A stretch of DNA of 64,000 nt. It comes from an uncultured bacterium (GTDB taxonomy: Bacteria; Fidelibacterota; Marinisomatia; Marinisomatales; UBA1611). The notes under the pieces are model-generated. The model was not told the DNA's origin. It made no database searches and saw only the letters and a list, made by a program, of their open reading frames with translations. Below, piece by piece: positions 27,513-38,373 of the stretch (the stretch's first letter is position 1; each line of letters begins with the position of its first letter). The stretch is from contig CALSPG010000003.1 of the NCBI GenBank assembly GCA_943788175.1, positions 32,001-96,000 on the forward strand. The letters run 5' to 3'. The position numbers were made by a program, and so were the translations under genes.

Positions 27513-29704
27513 TGGAAAACCCATTAGTAAAATTAGCACCTCAATTATTCGGGGATTATCCAAAAGCTTTCATTTCTTTATATAATCAAGTTTTTATATC
27601 GCCTGAGTCAGATAAGGCGTTTCTAAAAGAAAAATTATGGAAAGCTTACGATTACGGTAGCAGATATCATGAGGGCCAGAAAAGACAATCAGGAGAGCCT
27701 TATTTTAATCATTGCATAGAGGTAGCTAGTACTTTAGCATCTTGGAATATGGATTATACAACTATTATGGCAGGCTTGTTACATGATGTTGTTGAGGATA
27801 CAAAATTAACTGTTGATGATATAGAAAAAGAATTTGGTGAAGATCTTGCTAATCTAGTAGATGGTTTAACAAAAATTAGTGGAATAGAGTTTAGTACAAG
27901 AAAAGAAAAACAAGCAGGTAATTTTATGAAAATGTTATTATCTGTAGCAAAAGACATACGTGTTATAATAATTAAGTTTGCTGATAGAATGCATAATATG
28001 AAAACTATAAGCTACCTTCCTAGAATTAAGCAGCACCGGATTGCAACAGAAACACGAGATGTTTATTCTCCTTTAGCACATCGTTTGGGTATGTCTAGTG
28101 TGAAATCACAATTAGATGATCTCACTTTTCAGGTATTAAATAAAGATGAATATGATTCTATATCTTCTAAAATTAAAACAACAAATAAACAAAGAAGAAA
28201 ATTAATAAATAGTTACATTGAACCAATTAATGCTGGTTTGAAGAATTATAATATTACTAGCGAGATTTTTGGAAGATCGAAATCCTTTTCCTCCATTTAT
28301 GGAAAAATGATTAATAGAAAAAAATCTTTTGAAGATATTTATGACTTATATGCTATCAGAATTATCGTAAATAAAATTGAAGAGTGCTACTCTGCTCTAG
28401 GTGTTGTGCATAGTGTTTTTACTCCTGTACAAGAAAGGTTTAAAGATTTTATAGCAACACCAAAAACGAATGGCTATCAATCTATTCATACTACGATAAT
28501 TGGAACCGATGGTAAAATGGTAGAAATTCAAATAAGAACTCGTACGATGAATGAAACAGCTGAAATTGGTATCGCTTCTCATTGGATTTATAAGGAAGGT
28601 AAAACCAGTGTGAACGATTTAGGTTCAGATATTAAATGGCTTAGAGAGTTGATTGATATTTTAAAAAACGAATCTAGTAATCCTAAAGAATTTATGGATT
28701 TATTAAAAATTGATTTATTTGATAGAGAGATTTATGTTTTTACCCCTGCAGGAGATTTAGTTCAATTACCAGCTGGTTCAACGCCTGTTGACTTTGCATT
28801 TGAAGTTCATACACAAGTAGGTATGCATTGCCTGGGTGCTAAAGTAAATCATCAATTAGTTACTCTAAATGTTGAGTTGAGAAGTGGTGATGTAGTAGAG
28901 ATAATTACTGGCAAAAGTCAAACGCCGAGTATCAATTGGAAAAAATTTGTTATTACTAGTAAAGCAAGGAATTCAATAAATAAATATTTAAAAAACACTA
29001 GCCGTTTAGAAAGTATCAAACTGGGTAAAGAAATCGTACTAAAAACGCTCAGAAGATTAAAAATATATGGGCAAAAAAATATTTATTTAAATGCCTACGG
29101 TAGTTTTGGGTTTAGTGACGAAGATTCATACTTTGCCTCTATTGGGCGAGGAAAAACTTCGTTTAGAGAAATTCATAAAAAATTAAGTACTAATCAAACT
29201 GATAAGGACAATTCTTCATATGGTAAACTTGGGGATGCAATTGAAAATATTTTTCGTCCAGCAGATGGAATAATCCTAGATGGGATTAATAACCTTATGA
29301 TTAAATATGGGAAATGTTGTAATCCGATACCTGGTGATGATGTAGTTGGTTTTGTCACTAGAGGAAGGGGTTTAACTGTACATAAAGCTGGGTGCCATAG
29401 TTTACCCCTGGTTACTAATGATGAAGACCGTTTGGTTGATGTTGATTGGAATCTCCCGAAAGATGCATTTTTTAATTCTAGATTAAAAATTATAGGTCTG
29501 GATTATAAAGGTTTGCTTAAAGATTTATCAGAATGTATCGGAAGTCAAAATATTAATATTTCCAGTGTTGATATAAAAGTAAATGGAGCCATTGCAACTG
29601 CCCATTTTATTGTGCAGGTAAAAAATAAGCGGCAATTGGATAGGTTAATTAAGAAAATATATAACGTTAAGCATGTTGACAGTGTGGAGAGAATAGGGAA
29701 ATAA
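27512..29704 (+). CDS. Bifunctional (p)ppGpp synthetase/hydrolase (Rel/SpoT)
   Basis: Hydrolase LLHDVVED, ADRMHN; synthetase RFKD, NGYQSIHT; TGS, CC and ACT domains. Confidence 0.95.
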   Translation: MENPLVKLAPQLFGDYPKAFISLYNQVFISPESDKAFLKEKLWKAYDYGSRYHEGQKRQSGEPYFNHCIEVASTLASWNMDYTTIMAGLLHDVVEDTKLTVDDIEKEFGEDLANLVDGLTKISGIEFSTRKEKQAGNFMKMLLSVAKDIRVIIIKFADRMHNMKTISYLPRIKQHRIATETRDVYSPLAHRLGMSSVKSQLDDLTFQVLNKDEYDSISSKIKTTNKQRRKLINSYIEPINAGLKNYNITSEIFGRSKSFSSIYGKMINRKKSFEDIYDLYAIRIIVNKIEECYSALGVVHSVFTPVQERFKDFIATPKTNGYQSIHTTIIGTDGKMVEIQIRTRTMNETAEIGIASHWIYKEGKTSVNDLGSDIKWLRELIDILKNESSNPKEFMDLLKIDLFDREIYVFTPAGDLVQLPAGSTPVDFAFEVHTQVGMHCLGAKVNHQLVTLNVELRSGDVVEIITGKSQTPSINWKKFVITSKARNSINKYLKNTSRLESIKLGKEIVLKTLRRLKIYGQKNIYLNAYGSFGFSDEDSYFASIGRGKTSFREIHKKLSTNQTDKDNSSYGKLGDAIENIFRPADGIILDGINNLMIKYGKCCNPIPGDDVVGFVTRGRGLTVHKAGCHSLPLVTNDEDRLVDVDWNLPKDAFFNSRLKIIGLDYKGLLKDLSECIGSQNINISSVDIKVNGAIATAHFIVQVKNKRQLDRLIKKIYNVKHVDSVERIGK

Positions 29705-29705
29705 A

Positions 29706-30014
29706 ATGGAGGTAAAAACTTTTACTAAGCGAGATATAGCAATTAAGGTTGGAAAAAATCTTAATATGAGCATACGTAAATCAATTATATATACAGATGA
29801 AGTTTTTAAGGCTGTTCGTGAACTATTGTGTGAAGATAATGATTATATAAGAGTTGAAATAAGAAACTTTGGAGTTTTAGAAAGTAAACCTGCAAAAGCA
29901 AAACCAAAGGCAAGAAATCCAAAGACTAATGAAGAAATATTTGTCCCGGCACACAAGAAAACACATTTTAAGCCTGGTAAAATATTAAAAAATCATTTAA
30001 AAAAACCTATATAA
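29706..30014 (+). CDS. HU/IHF family DNA-binding protein
   Basis: VEIRNFG, ARNPKT.E, FKPGK. Confidence 0.92.
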   Translation: MEVKTFTKRDIAIKVGKNLNMSIRKSIIYTDEVFKAVRELLCEDNDYIRVEIRNFGVLESKPAKAKPKARNPKTNEEIFVPAHKKTHFKPGKILKNHLKKPI

Positions 30015-30018
30015 AAAT

Positions 30019-30429
30019 ATGGGTAGGTGTATTGGGATAGACCTAGGAACTAAAAGAGTGGGTCTTGCTCTTTCAGATTCTTTAAATATTATAGCTTCAC
30101 CATTTAAAACTTTAACATTTATAGATAACGATGATTTAGTATCGAAACTGAGCGATATTATTAATGATAATAATGTTAAAACTATTATTTTAGGATTGCC
30201 TTTGAATATGAGTGGCGTGGATACGGAACAGACAAAAAAAGTAAGAACCTTTAAGGCTTCGCTTGCAAAATTAAATATACCGATACTTTACGAGGACGAA
30301 AGGCTTAGTTCCGTAAGTGCTAAAAAGTCACTTGTGATGCAAAATGTAAAAACAGGACATAATAAAGCGGAAATTGATAGAACTGCAGCGGCAATTATTT
30401 TGCAACAATTTCTAGATAAGAAGGTTTAG
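30019..30429 (+). CDS. ruvX: YqgF/RuvX family nuclease
   Basis: GIDLGTKRVGLALSD, GLP, DERLSS, D..AA.IILQ. Confidence 0.94.
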   Translation: MGRCIGIDLGTKRVGLALSDSLNIIASPFKTLTFIDNDDLVSKLSDIINDNNVKTIILGLPLNMSGVDTEQTKKVRTFKASLAKLNIPILYEDERLSSVSAKKSLVMQNVKTGHNKAEIDRTAAAIILQQFLDKKV

Positions 30430-31932
30430 TTGAATTCATTTTTCAGTTTAAAACCCTGGATTCAGGTGACTTTTGCTGGAATAGCAACAGGATTAGCATT
30501 TTTTCCGTTAAATCTTGGCTTTTTGGCATGGGTATCTTTCATACCCTTGTTTCATCTGTTTATGAGCTCAAGTTTAAAAAAGAATTTGATTTATGGCTAT
30601 ATTTTTGGATTTACATTTAATATCACAGCCTTTTACTGGATTGGGTCCAATTCAGGTGCTGACAAACTTACTGTAATTGGTAGTCTAGTAGCTGCAGCAG
30701 GTTATCTATCTATATTTTATGCATTAGCTGGCATATTATTTTCTCTTCTATCTAAAAAACATAAAACTCGTTTTGGCGGTGTTCTTTTTCCATTCCTCAT
30801 TGTTTTTATTGAATGGATTAGAAGCTTTGGTGCGATGGGTTTTCCTTGGTCAAATATTGCACTCTCTCAATCAAAATATATTTATTTTATTCAATTCATT
30901 GACATCACGGGTACTTATGGTGTTTCATTTATTATAATTAGTTTTAATGTGATACTTTATAATGGAATCAAAAATAAAATAGATTTAAAGTATGCACTAT
31001 CATTTATTTTATTTGTCTTTATAAGCTTATCATTAACAGGATGGAGCAAAATAAAATCACTTTCAAGTTTTGATAAAATAATCAAAACAGCAATTGTTCA
31101 ACCTAATATAGATCCAAATACTAAATGGGCGAATAAAAACAAAATTATTGCTATTATGGACTCACTACATTTTGAATCAAATAAATTTAAACCTGACTTA
31201 GTTATATTTCCTGAAACTGCTTTACCATCTTACCTTGTAAAGGATAATTATACTAGGCAAAACCTACAAGAGACCGTTGATAGCTCTAATATTCCGCTTT
31301 TGACGGGGACTATTCACGCTTCTAACTATAACGGTTCAAGATACTACTTTAATAGCGCTATGTTTTTAAAGCCACATTCTGATTATGAGCTCTATTCAAA
31401 AATACATTTAGTCCCTTTTGCTGAATATGATCTATTGCCTGCAATTTTTCATCCGTTGACAAAATTAAATATAAATATTGACAGAGGCCGTTTTAAGTCA
31501 GGCGAAGAGTTTATTGTTTTTAATTGGAAAAATTTTTTGTTTTCTGATTTAATTTGTTACGAGTCTTCCATTCCTCGAATTGCAAGAAAATTTGTTTCTA
31601 TGGGCGCGCAGTTTTTAGTAATTCAAGCAAATGATGGTTGGTTAGGGAATTCTTATGGTCCCTATCAACATTTTGAGCTTGCTCGTTTGAGAGCAATTGA
31701 GAATCGTGTTCCAGTCGTTAGATGTGCAAATACTGGAATATCAGGTATAATTAAACCTGATGGTACTGTACAAAATATAATTGATCTAAATCAAAAAGGT
31801 ATCATATCTGAAAGCGTAAATATTGGCTTTAAAAGTAGTTTTTACACAAAGTATGGTGATATGTTTGCGTTTAGTTGTTTTATTATAACATTAGTTTTTA
31901 TTTTCTATTCATGTATAAAACAATTTTTTTAA
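30430..31932 (+). CDS. lnt: Apolipoprotein N-acyltransferase
   Basis: TM helices, GFPW, QPNI, PETA, K.HLVPF.E, ICYE, NDGW, RAIENR. Confidence 0.95.
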   Translation: MNSFFSLKPWIQVTFAGIATGLAFFPLNLGFLAWVSFIPLFHLFMSSSLKKNLIYGYIFGFTFNITAFYWIGSNSGADKLTVIGSLVAAAGYLSIFYALAGILFSLLSKKHKTRFGGVLFPFLIVFIEWIRSFGAMGFPWSNIALSQSKYIYFIQFIDITGTYGVSFIIISFNVILYNGIKNKIDLKYALSFILFVFISLSLTGWSKIKSLSSFDKIIKTAIVQPNIDPNTKWANKNKIIAIMDSLHFESNKFKPDLVIFPETALPSYLVKDNYTRQNLQETVDSSNIPLLTGTIHASNYNGSRYYFNSAMFLKPHSDYELYSKIHLVPFAEYDLLPAIFHPLTKLNINIDRGRFKSGEEFIVFNWKNFLFSDLICYESSIPRIARKFVSMGAQFLVIQANDGWLGNSYGPYQHFELARLRAIENRVPVVRCANTGISGIIKPDGTVQNIIDLNQKGIISESVNIGFKSSFYTKYGDMFAFSCFIITLVFIFYSCIKQFF

Positions 31933-32513
31933 CATTATTTTATTTAAATCTTGGTTTTGGTGCTTCGCCTATTAATTCCATGGCTAAATCATTTTTAATT
32001 CCCGGTTGGGGCGAAATGGATTTTGGATATAAAAAATCATCAAAGTTTTTTATTCAATCTGAAATAATATTATTAACTGGATGTTTTTCTGCATTCAAAA
32101 TTTCAAACCTGATAGAAAAGAAATATATAACTTATGCTAATGATCACGCTGGTGCTAGCAGCGCGAGCGATGATAGATATTGGGTTGATATAGGAAATTA
32201 TAATACTAATTTAAATTTTGATTCTGAACATCTCCGAATGCGAGACAATAAAGAAGGTCAATGGGGAAATTTTCCATGGGATTGGGATAATAATGATGAT
32301 AAGCGCAAAAAATTTGAAAATATGAGAATTGCCAGCGACAAGTATTACCTAGGCGGAAAATTTTTAATCGGGGGTATTATTATGAATCATATTATTTCAA
32401 CAATTAATACATTGTACATTTTCAGATTAAATGAAGATAAAAAATTATCATTAAAATCCTCAATTAATTATAATCAGAAAAACCTTCAATATATTGTTAC
32501 AATGGAATTTTAA
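31911..32513 (+). CDS. Hypothetical secreted/membrane protein (possibly DUF5683-like)
   Basis: Signal-like N-terminus, SFLIPGWGE motif, hydrophobic segments; ATG 31911 preferred over TTG 31875. Confidence 0.6.
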   Translation: MYKTIFLTLFYLNLGFGASPINSMAKSFLIPGWGEMDFGYKKSSKFFIQSEIILLTGCFSAFKISNLIEKKYITYANDHAGASSASDDRYWVDIGNYNTNLNFDSEHLRMRDNKEGQWGNFPWDWDNNDDKRKKFENMRIASDKYYLGGKFLIGGIIMNHIISTINTLYIFRLNEDKKLSLKSSINYNQKNLQYIVTMEF

Positions 32514-32546
32514 TAATATTTAATTAAATCACAAAATTTAAAATTT

Positions 32547-33281
32547 TTGCGAAGATATAAAATTATTATTCAATATGATGGTTCATTTTTTAATGGATGG
32601 CAATTGCAGAATGAAAAAAAAACAGTTCAAGGTGAAATTGAGAATGCTCTCAAGGTTATAACAAAATCAAAAAATCGCTTTCCGATTAAAGGGTCTGGGC
32701 GTACAGATTCTGGAGTGCATGCTTTAGGGCAAGTAGCACATTTTGATATTGATACTAGATTAACTGATTTAGAATTAAAAAATGCAATTAATTTTTACAC
32801 ATCAAAACATTGTAAAATTATGTCTTTGTGTAAAATATCTAGTGATTTTAATTCAAGGCATGATGCTTTAAAAAGGACCTATATATATCAGCTATACCTG
32901 GGGTCATCAATATTATATAATAATCAGGCATGGCTAGTAGACAATATTGATTTAATAGTTTTAAAGCAGTTGTCTAAATTTATAATTGGGGAACATGATT
33001 TTTTATCATTTTCAAAATTTGATCCATTAAAAAAACATACGTTATCAATTATCTATGCTTCGGACTGGATAAAAAATGGAGATTTATTGACGTACTCTAT
33101 ATCAGCTAATAGATTTTTACATCATATGATTAGGTATATTGTTGGTACGATGGTAGAAGTGTCACGAAAAAATTTTTCAGAAGATCAATTCAAATCACTA
33201 TTGCAAACACCGAGAAAAAATGTACAAATTCATAAAGCGCCAGCGTGCGGACTTCAATTATTAAAAGTAGAATATGTATAA
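32547..33281 (+). CDS. truA: tRNA pseudouridine(38-40) synthase
   Basis: YDGS.F.GWQ, GRTDSGVHA, FLHHMIR. Confidence 0.96.
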   Translation: MRRYKIIIQYDGSFFNGWQLQNEKKTVQGEIENALKVITKSKNRFPIKGSGRTDSGVHALGQVAHFDIDTRLTDLELKNAINFYTSKHCKIMSLCKISSDFNSRHDALKRTYIYQLYLGSSILYNNQAWLVDNIDLIVLKQLSKFIIGEHDFLSFSKFDPLKKHTLSIIYASDWIKNGDLLTYSISANRFLHHMIRYIVGTMVEVSRKNFSEDQFKSLLQTPRKNVQIHKAPACGLQLLKVEYV

Positions 33282-34359
33282 AAACACAAAAATAATCACT
33301 GTTGGTCTATTTTTTATAGTTTCTTCTGCATTAACCCAGCAGTCAATAAATGAATCAAGAAAAACAGCAATAACTAAAGCCATTGAAGTAGTGGGGCCTG
33401 CGGTTGCTTGCATAAATGTAGAACAAAATGTTAGCGCTTATTCTTCACCCGATCCCTTCTTTCGTTATTTTTTTCCACCTGAAATTTATCCAATGAAAAG
33501 TTCTGGTAGTGGAGTAGTGATTAGTCCCGATGGTTATGTACTAACTAACACCCATGTTGTGGAAAAAGCATCTAAAATCACGGTCACGTTATCAGGAGGT
33601 GATGAGTATAATGCAGAAGTGGTTGGTATCGATAAAACCTCAGACTTAGCCTTACTGCTTTTAGATGGATCAGATTTCCCATTTGTAGTACTAGGAGATT
33701 CTGATGACTTGATTGTGGGGGAATGGGTAATTGCTCTTGGTAATCCTTTTGAGTTGTTCAGTATTAGTAATCAACCCACTGCAAGCATAGGTATAATTAG
33801 TGCAAATCATATGGACTTTGGTATTCAAAAAGAATCAGGCCGCGTTTTACAAAACATGATCCAAACTGATGCTGCAATTAACCCTGGAAATTCTGGTGGG
33901 CCATTAGTTAATGCTAATGGCGAAGTAATTGGAATAAATACATTTATTTTTACAGGCTCAAATCAAAATAGGGGCTCGATTGGTATTGGTTTTGCAATCC
34001 CAATAAATGCTGCAAAGAGAATAGCAAAAGAATTAAAAATATCAGGGAGTATAGATCGTAGCTTTACAACAGGTTTAGTTGTTCAGCCAATTACAAGGAG
34101 TATGATTAGACATTTAAACATTCCTTTTCGTGATGGTGTAATAGTGGTCCATGTAGATAAAAATAGTCCTGCTCAAAAAGCGGGTATCTCAATTGGGGAT
34201 ATTATTGTCACGACTGCAAACAAAAAGGTAAATTCACCTTCGGATATTAGAGATATTATTACCGAAAAAGATTTAAGGTCTGGTGATAGAATTGCATTTA
34301 AAATATATCGTGATGGTGTATATTTAAATATTAAACTTAGGTTAGGAACATATAAATGA
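33274..34359 (+). CDS. HtrA/DegP-like S1C serine protease with one PDZ domain
   Basis: GSGV, TNTHVV, DLA, QTDAAINPGNSGGPL. Confidence 0.94.
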   Translation: MYKNTKIITVGLFFIVSSALTQQSINESRKTAITKAIEVVGPAVACINVEQNVSAYSSPDPFFRYFFPPEIYPMKSSGSGVVISPDGYVLTNTHVVEKASKITVTLSGGDEYNAEVVGIDKTSDLALLLLDGSDFPFVVLGDSDDLIVGEWVIALGNPFELFSISNQPTASIGIISANHMDFGIQKESGRVLQNMIQTDAAINPGNSGGPLVNANGEVIGINTFIFTGSNQNRGSIGIGFAIPINAAKRIAKELKISGSIDRSFTTGLVVQPITRSMIRHLNIPFRDGVIVVHVDKNSPAQKAGISIGDIIVTTANKKVNSPSDIRDIITEKDLRSGDRIAFKIYRDGVYLNIKLRLGTYK

Positions 34360-35000
34360 GATTAGCTTCTGAAGGCAATATAATAGTTTATCCTTTAATT
34401 GTTATTTTTGGAATCACTTCTGCTTTTAATTATTTAACTGAATTTGACATCCTTTTTGTTCAAATAACAATTTTTGTAGTATTACTTTTTTGTCTAAATT
34501 TTTTTAGAGATCCATCAAGAGTTATACCAAAAAATAAAAATAAAATAATATCGCCTGCAGATGGCAAAATAATCAAAATTAAAGAATTTGAAGATCCTAA
34601 AAGTGGAAAGAAATTAAAACTTATTTCTATCTTTCTAAGCGTTTTTAATGTTCATGCCAATAGAATGCCTGTTGATGGTAAATTTATTAATGTTAAATAC
34701 GTTAAGGGAGATTTTTTAGCTGCTTTTGATCATAGAGCCTCCGATAAAAATGAAAGAATGGAAATTTCGATAGATACTGAATTTGGGATTATTGTAGTTA
34801 AGCAAATTGCAGGCTTAGTTGCTAGAAGAATATTGTGTTATGCAAAAGAAGGTAAAAAAATGTTAGCAGGTGATAGACTGGGGTTTATTAGATTTGGCTC
34901 AAGAACCGATATCATTCTTCCTCATAACATTAATTTAAATATTGAGCTAAATCAGAAAGTATATGGAGGAGAGACAATTTTAGGCACCTATGAAAGTTAA
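34356..35000 (+). CDS. psd: Phosphatidylserine decarboxylase proenzyme
   Basis: FFRDP, SPADG, FLSVFNVH.NR, RFGSR cleavage motif. Confidence 0.94.
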   Translation: MRLASEGNIIVYPLIVIFGITSAFNYLTEFDILFVQITIFVVLLFCLNFFRDPSRVIPKNKNKIISPADGKIIKIKEFEDPKSGKKLKLISIFLSVFNVHANRMPVDGKFINVKYVKGDFLAAFDHRASDKNERMEISIDTEFGIIVVKQIAGLVARRILCYAKEGKKMLAGDRLGFIRFGSRTDIILPHNINLNIELNQKVYGGETILGTYES

Positions 35001-35715
35001 AATTTCGAAAAAAAGATTTTTCCCTAACACCCTTACTATATTAAATATGTTTTTGGGTTTTTCATCTATATTACTTATAATGAACGGGAAATACATAGAG
35101 GCAGGTTTTTTAATATTGCTTGCTGGGCTAATGGATATTTTTGATGGAAAAATTGCAAGGTTATTAGGAATTTCTTCAAAGTTTGGTGTTGAGTTTGATT
35201 CGTTAGCTGATGTCGTATCATTCTGTGTCGCACCTTCAGTTTTAGTATATAATATTTACTGTAGTGAATTAAATACAATAGTTGGTTCTATTTTTAGCTT
35301 CATTCCTCTAGTCGCAGGCACTGTTAGATTAGCAAAGTATAATTTAGTAAGTGATGAAGATAACCCTAAAAGTTATTTTATTGGATTATCTACACCAATA
35401 TCCACCGTAACTATTCTAGCGTTTATGTATTTTAATAACAAAATTGTTGGAGGTGGCTTTTATGGCGATCCAAGACTAGGCCTGTCGCTAGTTGGCGTTT
35501 TGGGATTATTAATGCTTAGTCCAATTCATTTTCCAAAAGCACCATTAATTACTTTTAAATCTAGTCATTCTAATTCATTATTATTAATAATTTTGATAGT
35601 CTCATCATTTTCTTTAATTATTTGGAAGGGTTTTGCGCTCTTACCTATATGCATGGGTTACATCATAACTAATACCGTTTTATGGGCATATAGACTTAGA
35701 ACAACCAATCTTTAA
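34990..35715 (+). CDS. pssA: CDP-diacylglycerol-serine O-phosphatidyltransferase
   Basis: DIFDGKIAR...S.FG.EFDSLAD motif; adjacent to psd. Confidence 0.9.
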   Translation: MKVKISKKRFFPNTLTILNMFLGFSSILLIMNGKYIEAGFLILLAGLMDIFDGKIARLLGISSKFGVEFDSLADVVSFCVAPSVLVYNIYCSELNTIVGSIFSFIPLVAGTVRLAKYNLVSDEDNPKSYFIGLSTPISTVTILAFMYFNNKIVGGGFYGDPRLGLSLVGVLGLLMLSPIHFPKAPLITFKSSHSNSLLLIILIVSSFSLIIWKGFALLPICMGYIITNTVLWAYRLRTTNL

Positions 35716-35758
35716 GTATTCTTAATATGATACGATATTAAAATGAAAAAAGTAGATA

Positions 35759-36046
35759 GTGCAAAAACGTAAAGTTAACATAATAGTCATTTCACTTTTT
35801 ATAGGTGCGATTTTTGGAAGCGTTTTTGGCAACGTATTTTCTCTCATGCTTCCTGAAAGTGTGGTGAAAGATTTTTTTCTTACTTCAATAAATTTTGATT
35901 TGGGTGGATTAGTTGGTAATGATTTAGGAGTGATTGTTATAGATTTAAATGTTATTGTTCTGAAATTTGGGTTATCTATGAGTTTTAATTTTACTAGTGT
36001 AATTGGTATAACAATTGCTTACTATATATTGAGATACCTTCGATAA
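35759..36046 (+). CDS. Small membrane protein (DUF4321-like)
   Basis: Two hydrophobic segments; IDL.V..L.FGL...FN..S.IG pattern. Confidence 0.6.
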   Translation: MQKRKVNIIVISLFIGAIFGSVFGNVFSLMLPESVVKDFFLTSINFDLGGLVGNDLGVIVIDLNVIVLKFGLSMSFNFTSVIGITIAYYILRYLR

Positions 36047-36063
36047 ATTAATATGGGGATTCT

Positions 36064-36294
36064 ATGATGTCATCACAATTTCAATTAGCATTTTTTAATT
36101 TAGGGCCATGGGAAATTTTATTGGTTCTTGTTGTCGTGCTCGTTTTATTTGGAGCAAAAAGGTTGCCTGAGCTTGCTAGAGGGTTAGGACTAGGAATTAA
36201 TGAGTTCAGAGAGGCTGTAGACTCTAGTAAAAAAGAAATAATGGATGTTATTGAATCTGAAGATAAAAATAAGAGCAGCGACTCGGAAGAGTAG
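36064..36294 (+). CDS. tatA: Twin-arginine translocase TatA/TatE subunit
   Basis: LGPWE.......LLFGAKRLPELARGLG.GI.EF. Confidence 0.93.
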   Translation: MMSSQFQLAFFNLGPWEILLVLVVVLVLFGAKRLPELARGLGLGINEFREAVDSSKKEIMDVIESEDKNKSSDSEE

Positions 36295-36402
36295 CCTCTA
36301 TTATAATTATTTAATTTTTTTAAATATTATCTTTTAAACATTATTTTTGAACAATACCTACGTTGGTACGTTTATTTTTTAGATAATTAAATAAAAATAA
36401 TC

Positions 36403-37371
36403 TTGAATTTTCAAAACCCTTTATTTCTACTTTTTTTATTATTAGTTCCCCTTATAGTGTATTATTACAAGTACTATAGTAATAAATTTGAGGGAACAGT
36501 TTTATTCTCTTCTGAGCATTTTTTTACGAGCAATGTTAAAACTAATGGAGAGTATAAGAATAAAATTCTAAAAATAATTGAAGTTACGATTTTAGCACTG
36601 ATTATAGTAGCCATTGCAAGACCTCAAAAAATTGATGAATTAGTTAAGTCTAAGGTTGAAATCATTGACATCTTACTTGTTCTAGATATCTCAAGTAGTA
36701 TGTTAGCAGATGACTTCTCTCCAAATCGCTTAGAGGTAGTTAAAAAAACAGCTAAAGAATTCATCGAATCAAGAGAAGGTGATAGGTTGGGTATATTGGT
36801 TTTCGCTGGTCAATCATTCATTCAATGTCCACTTACAACTGATATAAATGTTCTATCCAAGCTAGTTGATGAAATTAGTGTTGCTAGTAAAGATTATGAC
36901 GGCACAGCCATAGGAATGGCAATTGCTAATGCTACAAATAGGCTAAGAGATAGTCAATCTAAAAGTAAACTAATGATTCTGTTATCAGATGGAAGTAATA
37001 ATAGTGGTGAAATAGACCCCACTACAGCATCAAATTTAGCAAGTGAGTTCGGGATAAAAATTTATACGATTGCCGCAGGGACCGATAACTCTGTTTCTCG
37101 CATACCGGGTAGAGGATTAATTCGAAATGAAATAGATATAGAAACATTAAAAATGATTTCAAAAGAAACAGGTGGTAAGTTTTTTAGAGCCACTGATAAA
37201 GAAGCCTTATCAGCAATATATGATGAAATAAGTATTTTAGAGAGATCTGAGATCGAAATAAAAAGTTTTACAACATATTATGAGCTATTCAGATGGTTCT
37301 TAGTACCTGCATTAATATTGTCTTTTTTCTATTTATTTTTAAAAAGATATTTTTTCAAGGTTGCGACTTAA
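36403..37371 (+). CDS. batA: VWA-domain protein BatA
   Basis: F.NP..L, ARP, MIDAS DISSS, PLTTD, GTAIG, LSDG.NN.G. Confidence 0.9.
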   Translation: MNFQNPLFLLFLLLVPLIVYYYKYYSNKFEGTVLFSSEHFFTSNVKTNGEYKNKILKIIEVTILALIIVAIARPQKIDELVKSKVEIIDILLVLDISSSMLADDFSPNRLEVVKKTAKEFIESREGDRLGILVFAGQSFIQCPLTTDINVLSKLVDEISVASKDYDGTAIGMAIANATNRLRDSQSKSKLMILLSDGSNNSGEIDPTTASNLASEFGIKIYTIAAGTDNSVSRIPGRGLIRNEIDIETLKMISKETGGKFFRATDKEALSAIYDEISILERSEIEIKSFTTYYELFRWFLVPALILSFFYLFLKRYFFKVAT

Positions 37372-38363
37372 TGAATTTTAGTAATCCTTGGCTTTTTTTA
37401 CTTCTGATTCCGTTACTTGTTCAATTTATTTTAGAATTATACCCGAATTTTAAAAAAGATATTTTCCCTTACGCTAAGCAAAACATAAAAGACATTAATT
37501 ACAAAAATATTAACTTTAGAAACCAAAAAACAGTTAGGTATTTAATTTTATTTGGAATTTTTTGTCTAATATTATCTACAGCAGGTCCTCAATTTGGAGC
37601 TAAAGTGAAAAAAGTTGAAAGGCAAGGTGTTGATTTAGTTATCGCATTTGATACATCCATAAGTATGAATGCATCAGACGTTAAGCCGTCGAGGATAGAA
37701 AAAGCGAAATATGAAATTGGTAAACTAATTCAAAAATTAAAAGGAGATAGAGTTTCGATAATAGTTTTTGCAGGAACTAGTCATTTATATCTTCCTCTTA
37801 CAACAGATTATGAGGCTGCATTATTGTTTTTATCTGCAATTGATACGGAAATGATTCCAAATCAGGGTACCTCTATTAGCTCTGCTATGGAATTATCCAT
37901 TACTACAGTTAAAAAAGATCAAAATAATTATAAAGTTATGCTTCTAGTAACTGATGGTGAAGACCATGAAGGTAACGCAATAAATTTGGCAAAAAAAGCT
38001 TATGAAGCAGGGGTTGAAATTCATACAATAGGGGTTGGCTCTAAAATTGGTAGTTTGATACCAATAAAACAAAAACAGAGCGATGACATTGAATACAAAA
38101 GGGATAAAAATGGTAAGCTTATAAATTCAATTCTTAATATAAAAATGCTTGAAGATATCGCACTAGCTGGAGGTGGTCGTTTTTTTCACTTTTCAAACGA
38201 AGGGGATAATTATTCGGATTTAAATAATGTTATCGATGCAATGGAGAAGAGGCAAATTAATTCGCATGAATATTCTCAATTTGAAGAGCGTTTTCAACCT
38301 TTGGCATTTATTTCGTTTTTGTTCTTTTTTATGGCATTCTTATTACCAACAAGGAAACTGTAA
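37371..38363 (+). CDS. batB: VWA-domain protein BatB
   Basis: GPQFG, DTSISM...D..PSR, PLTTDY, TDGEDHEG; ATG overlaps the batA stop. Confidence 0.9.
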   Translation: MNFSNPWLFLLLIPLLVQFILELYPNFKKDIFPYAKQNIKDINYKNINFRNQKTVRYLILFGIFCLILSTAGPQFGAKVKKVERQGVDLVIAFDTSISMNASDVKPSRIEKAKYEIGKLIQKLKGDRVSIIVFAGTSHLYLPLTTDYEAALLFLSAIDTEMIPNQGTSISSAMELSITTVKKDQNNYKVMLLVTDGEDHEGNAINLAKKAYEAGVEIHTIGVGSKIGSLIPIKQKQSDDIEYKRDKNGKLINSILNIKMLEDIALAGGGRFFHFSNEGDNYSDLNNVIDAMEKRQINSHEYSQFEERFQPLAFISFLFFFMAFLLPTRKL

Positions 38364-38373
38364 GTTTATCAAA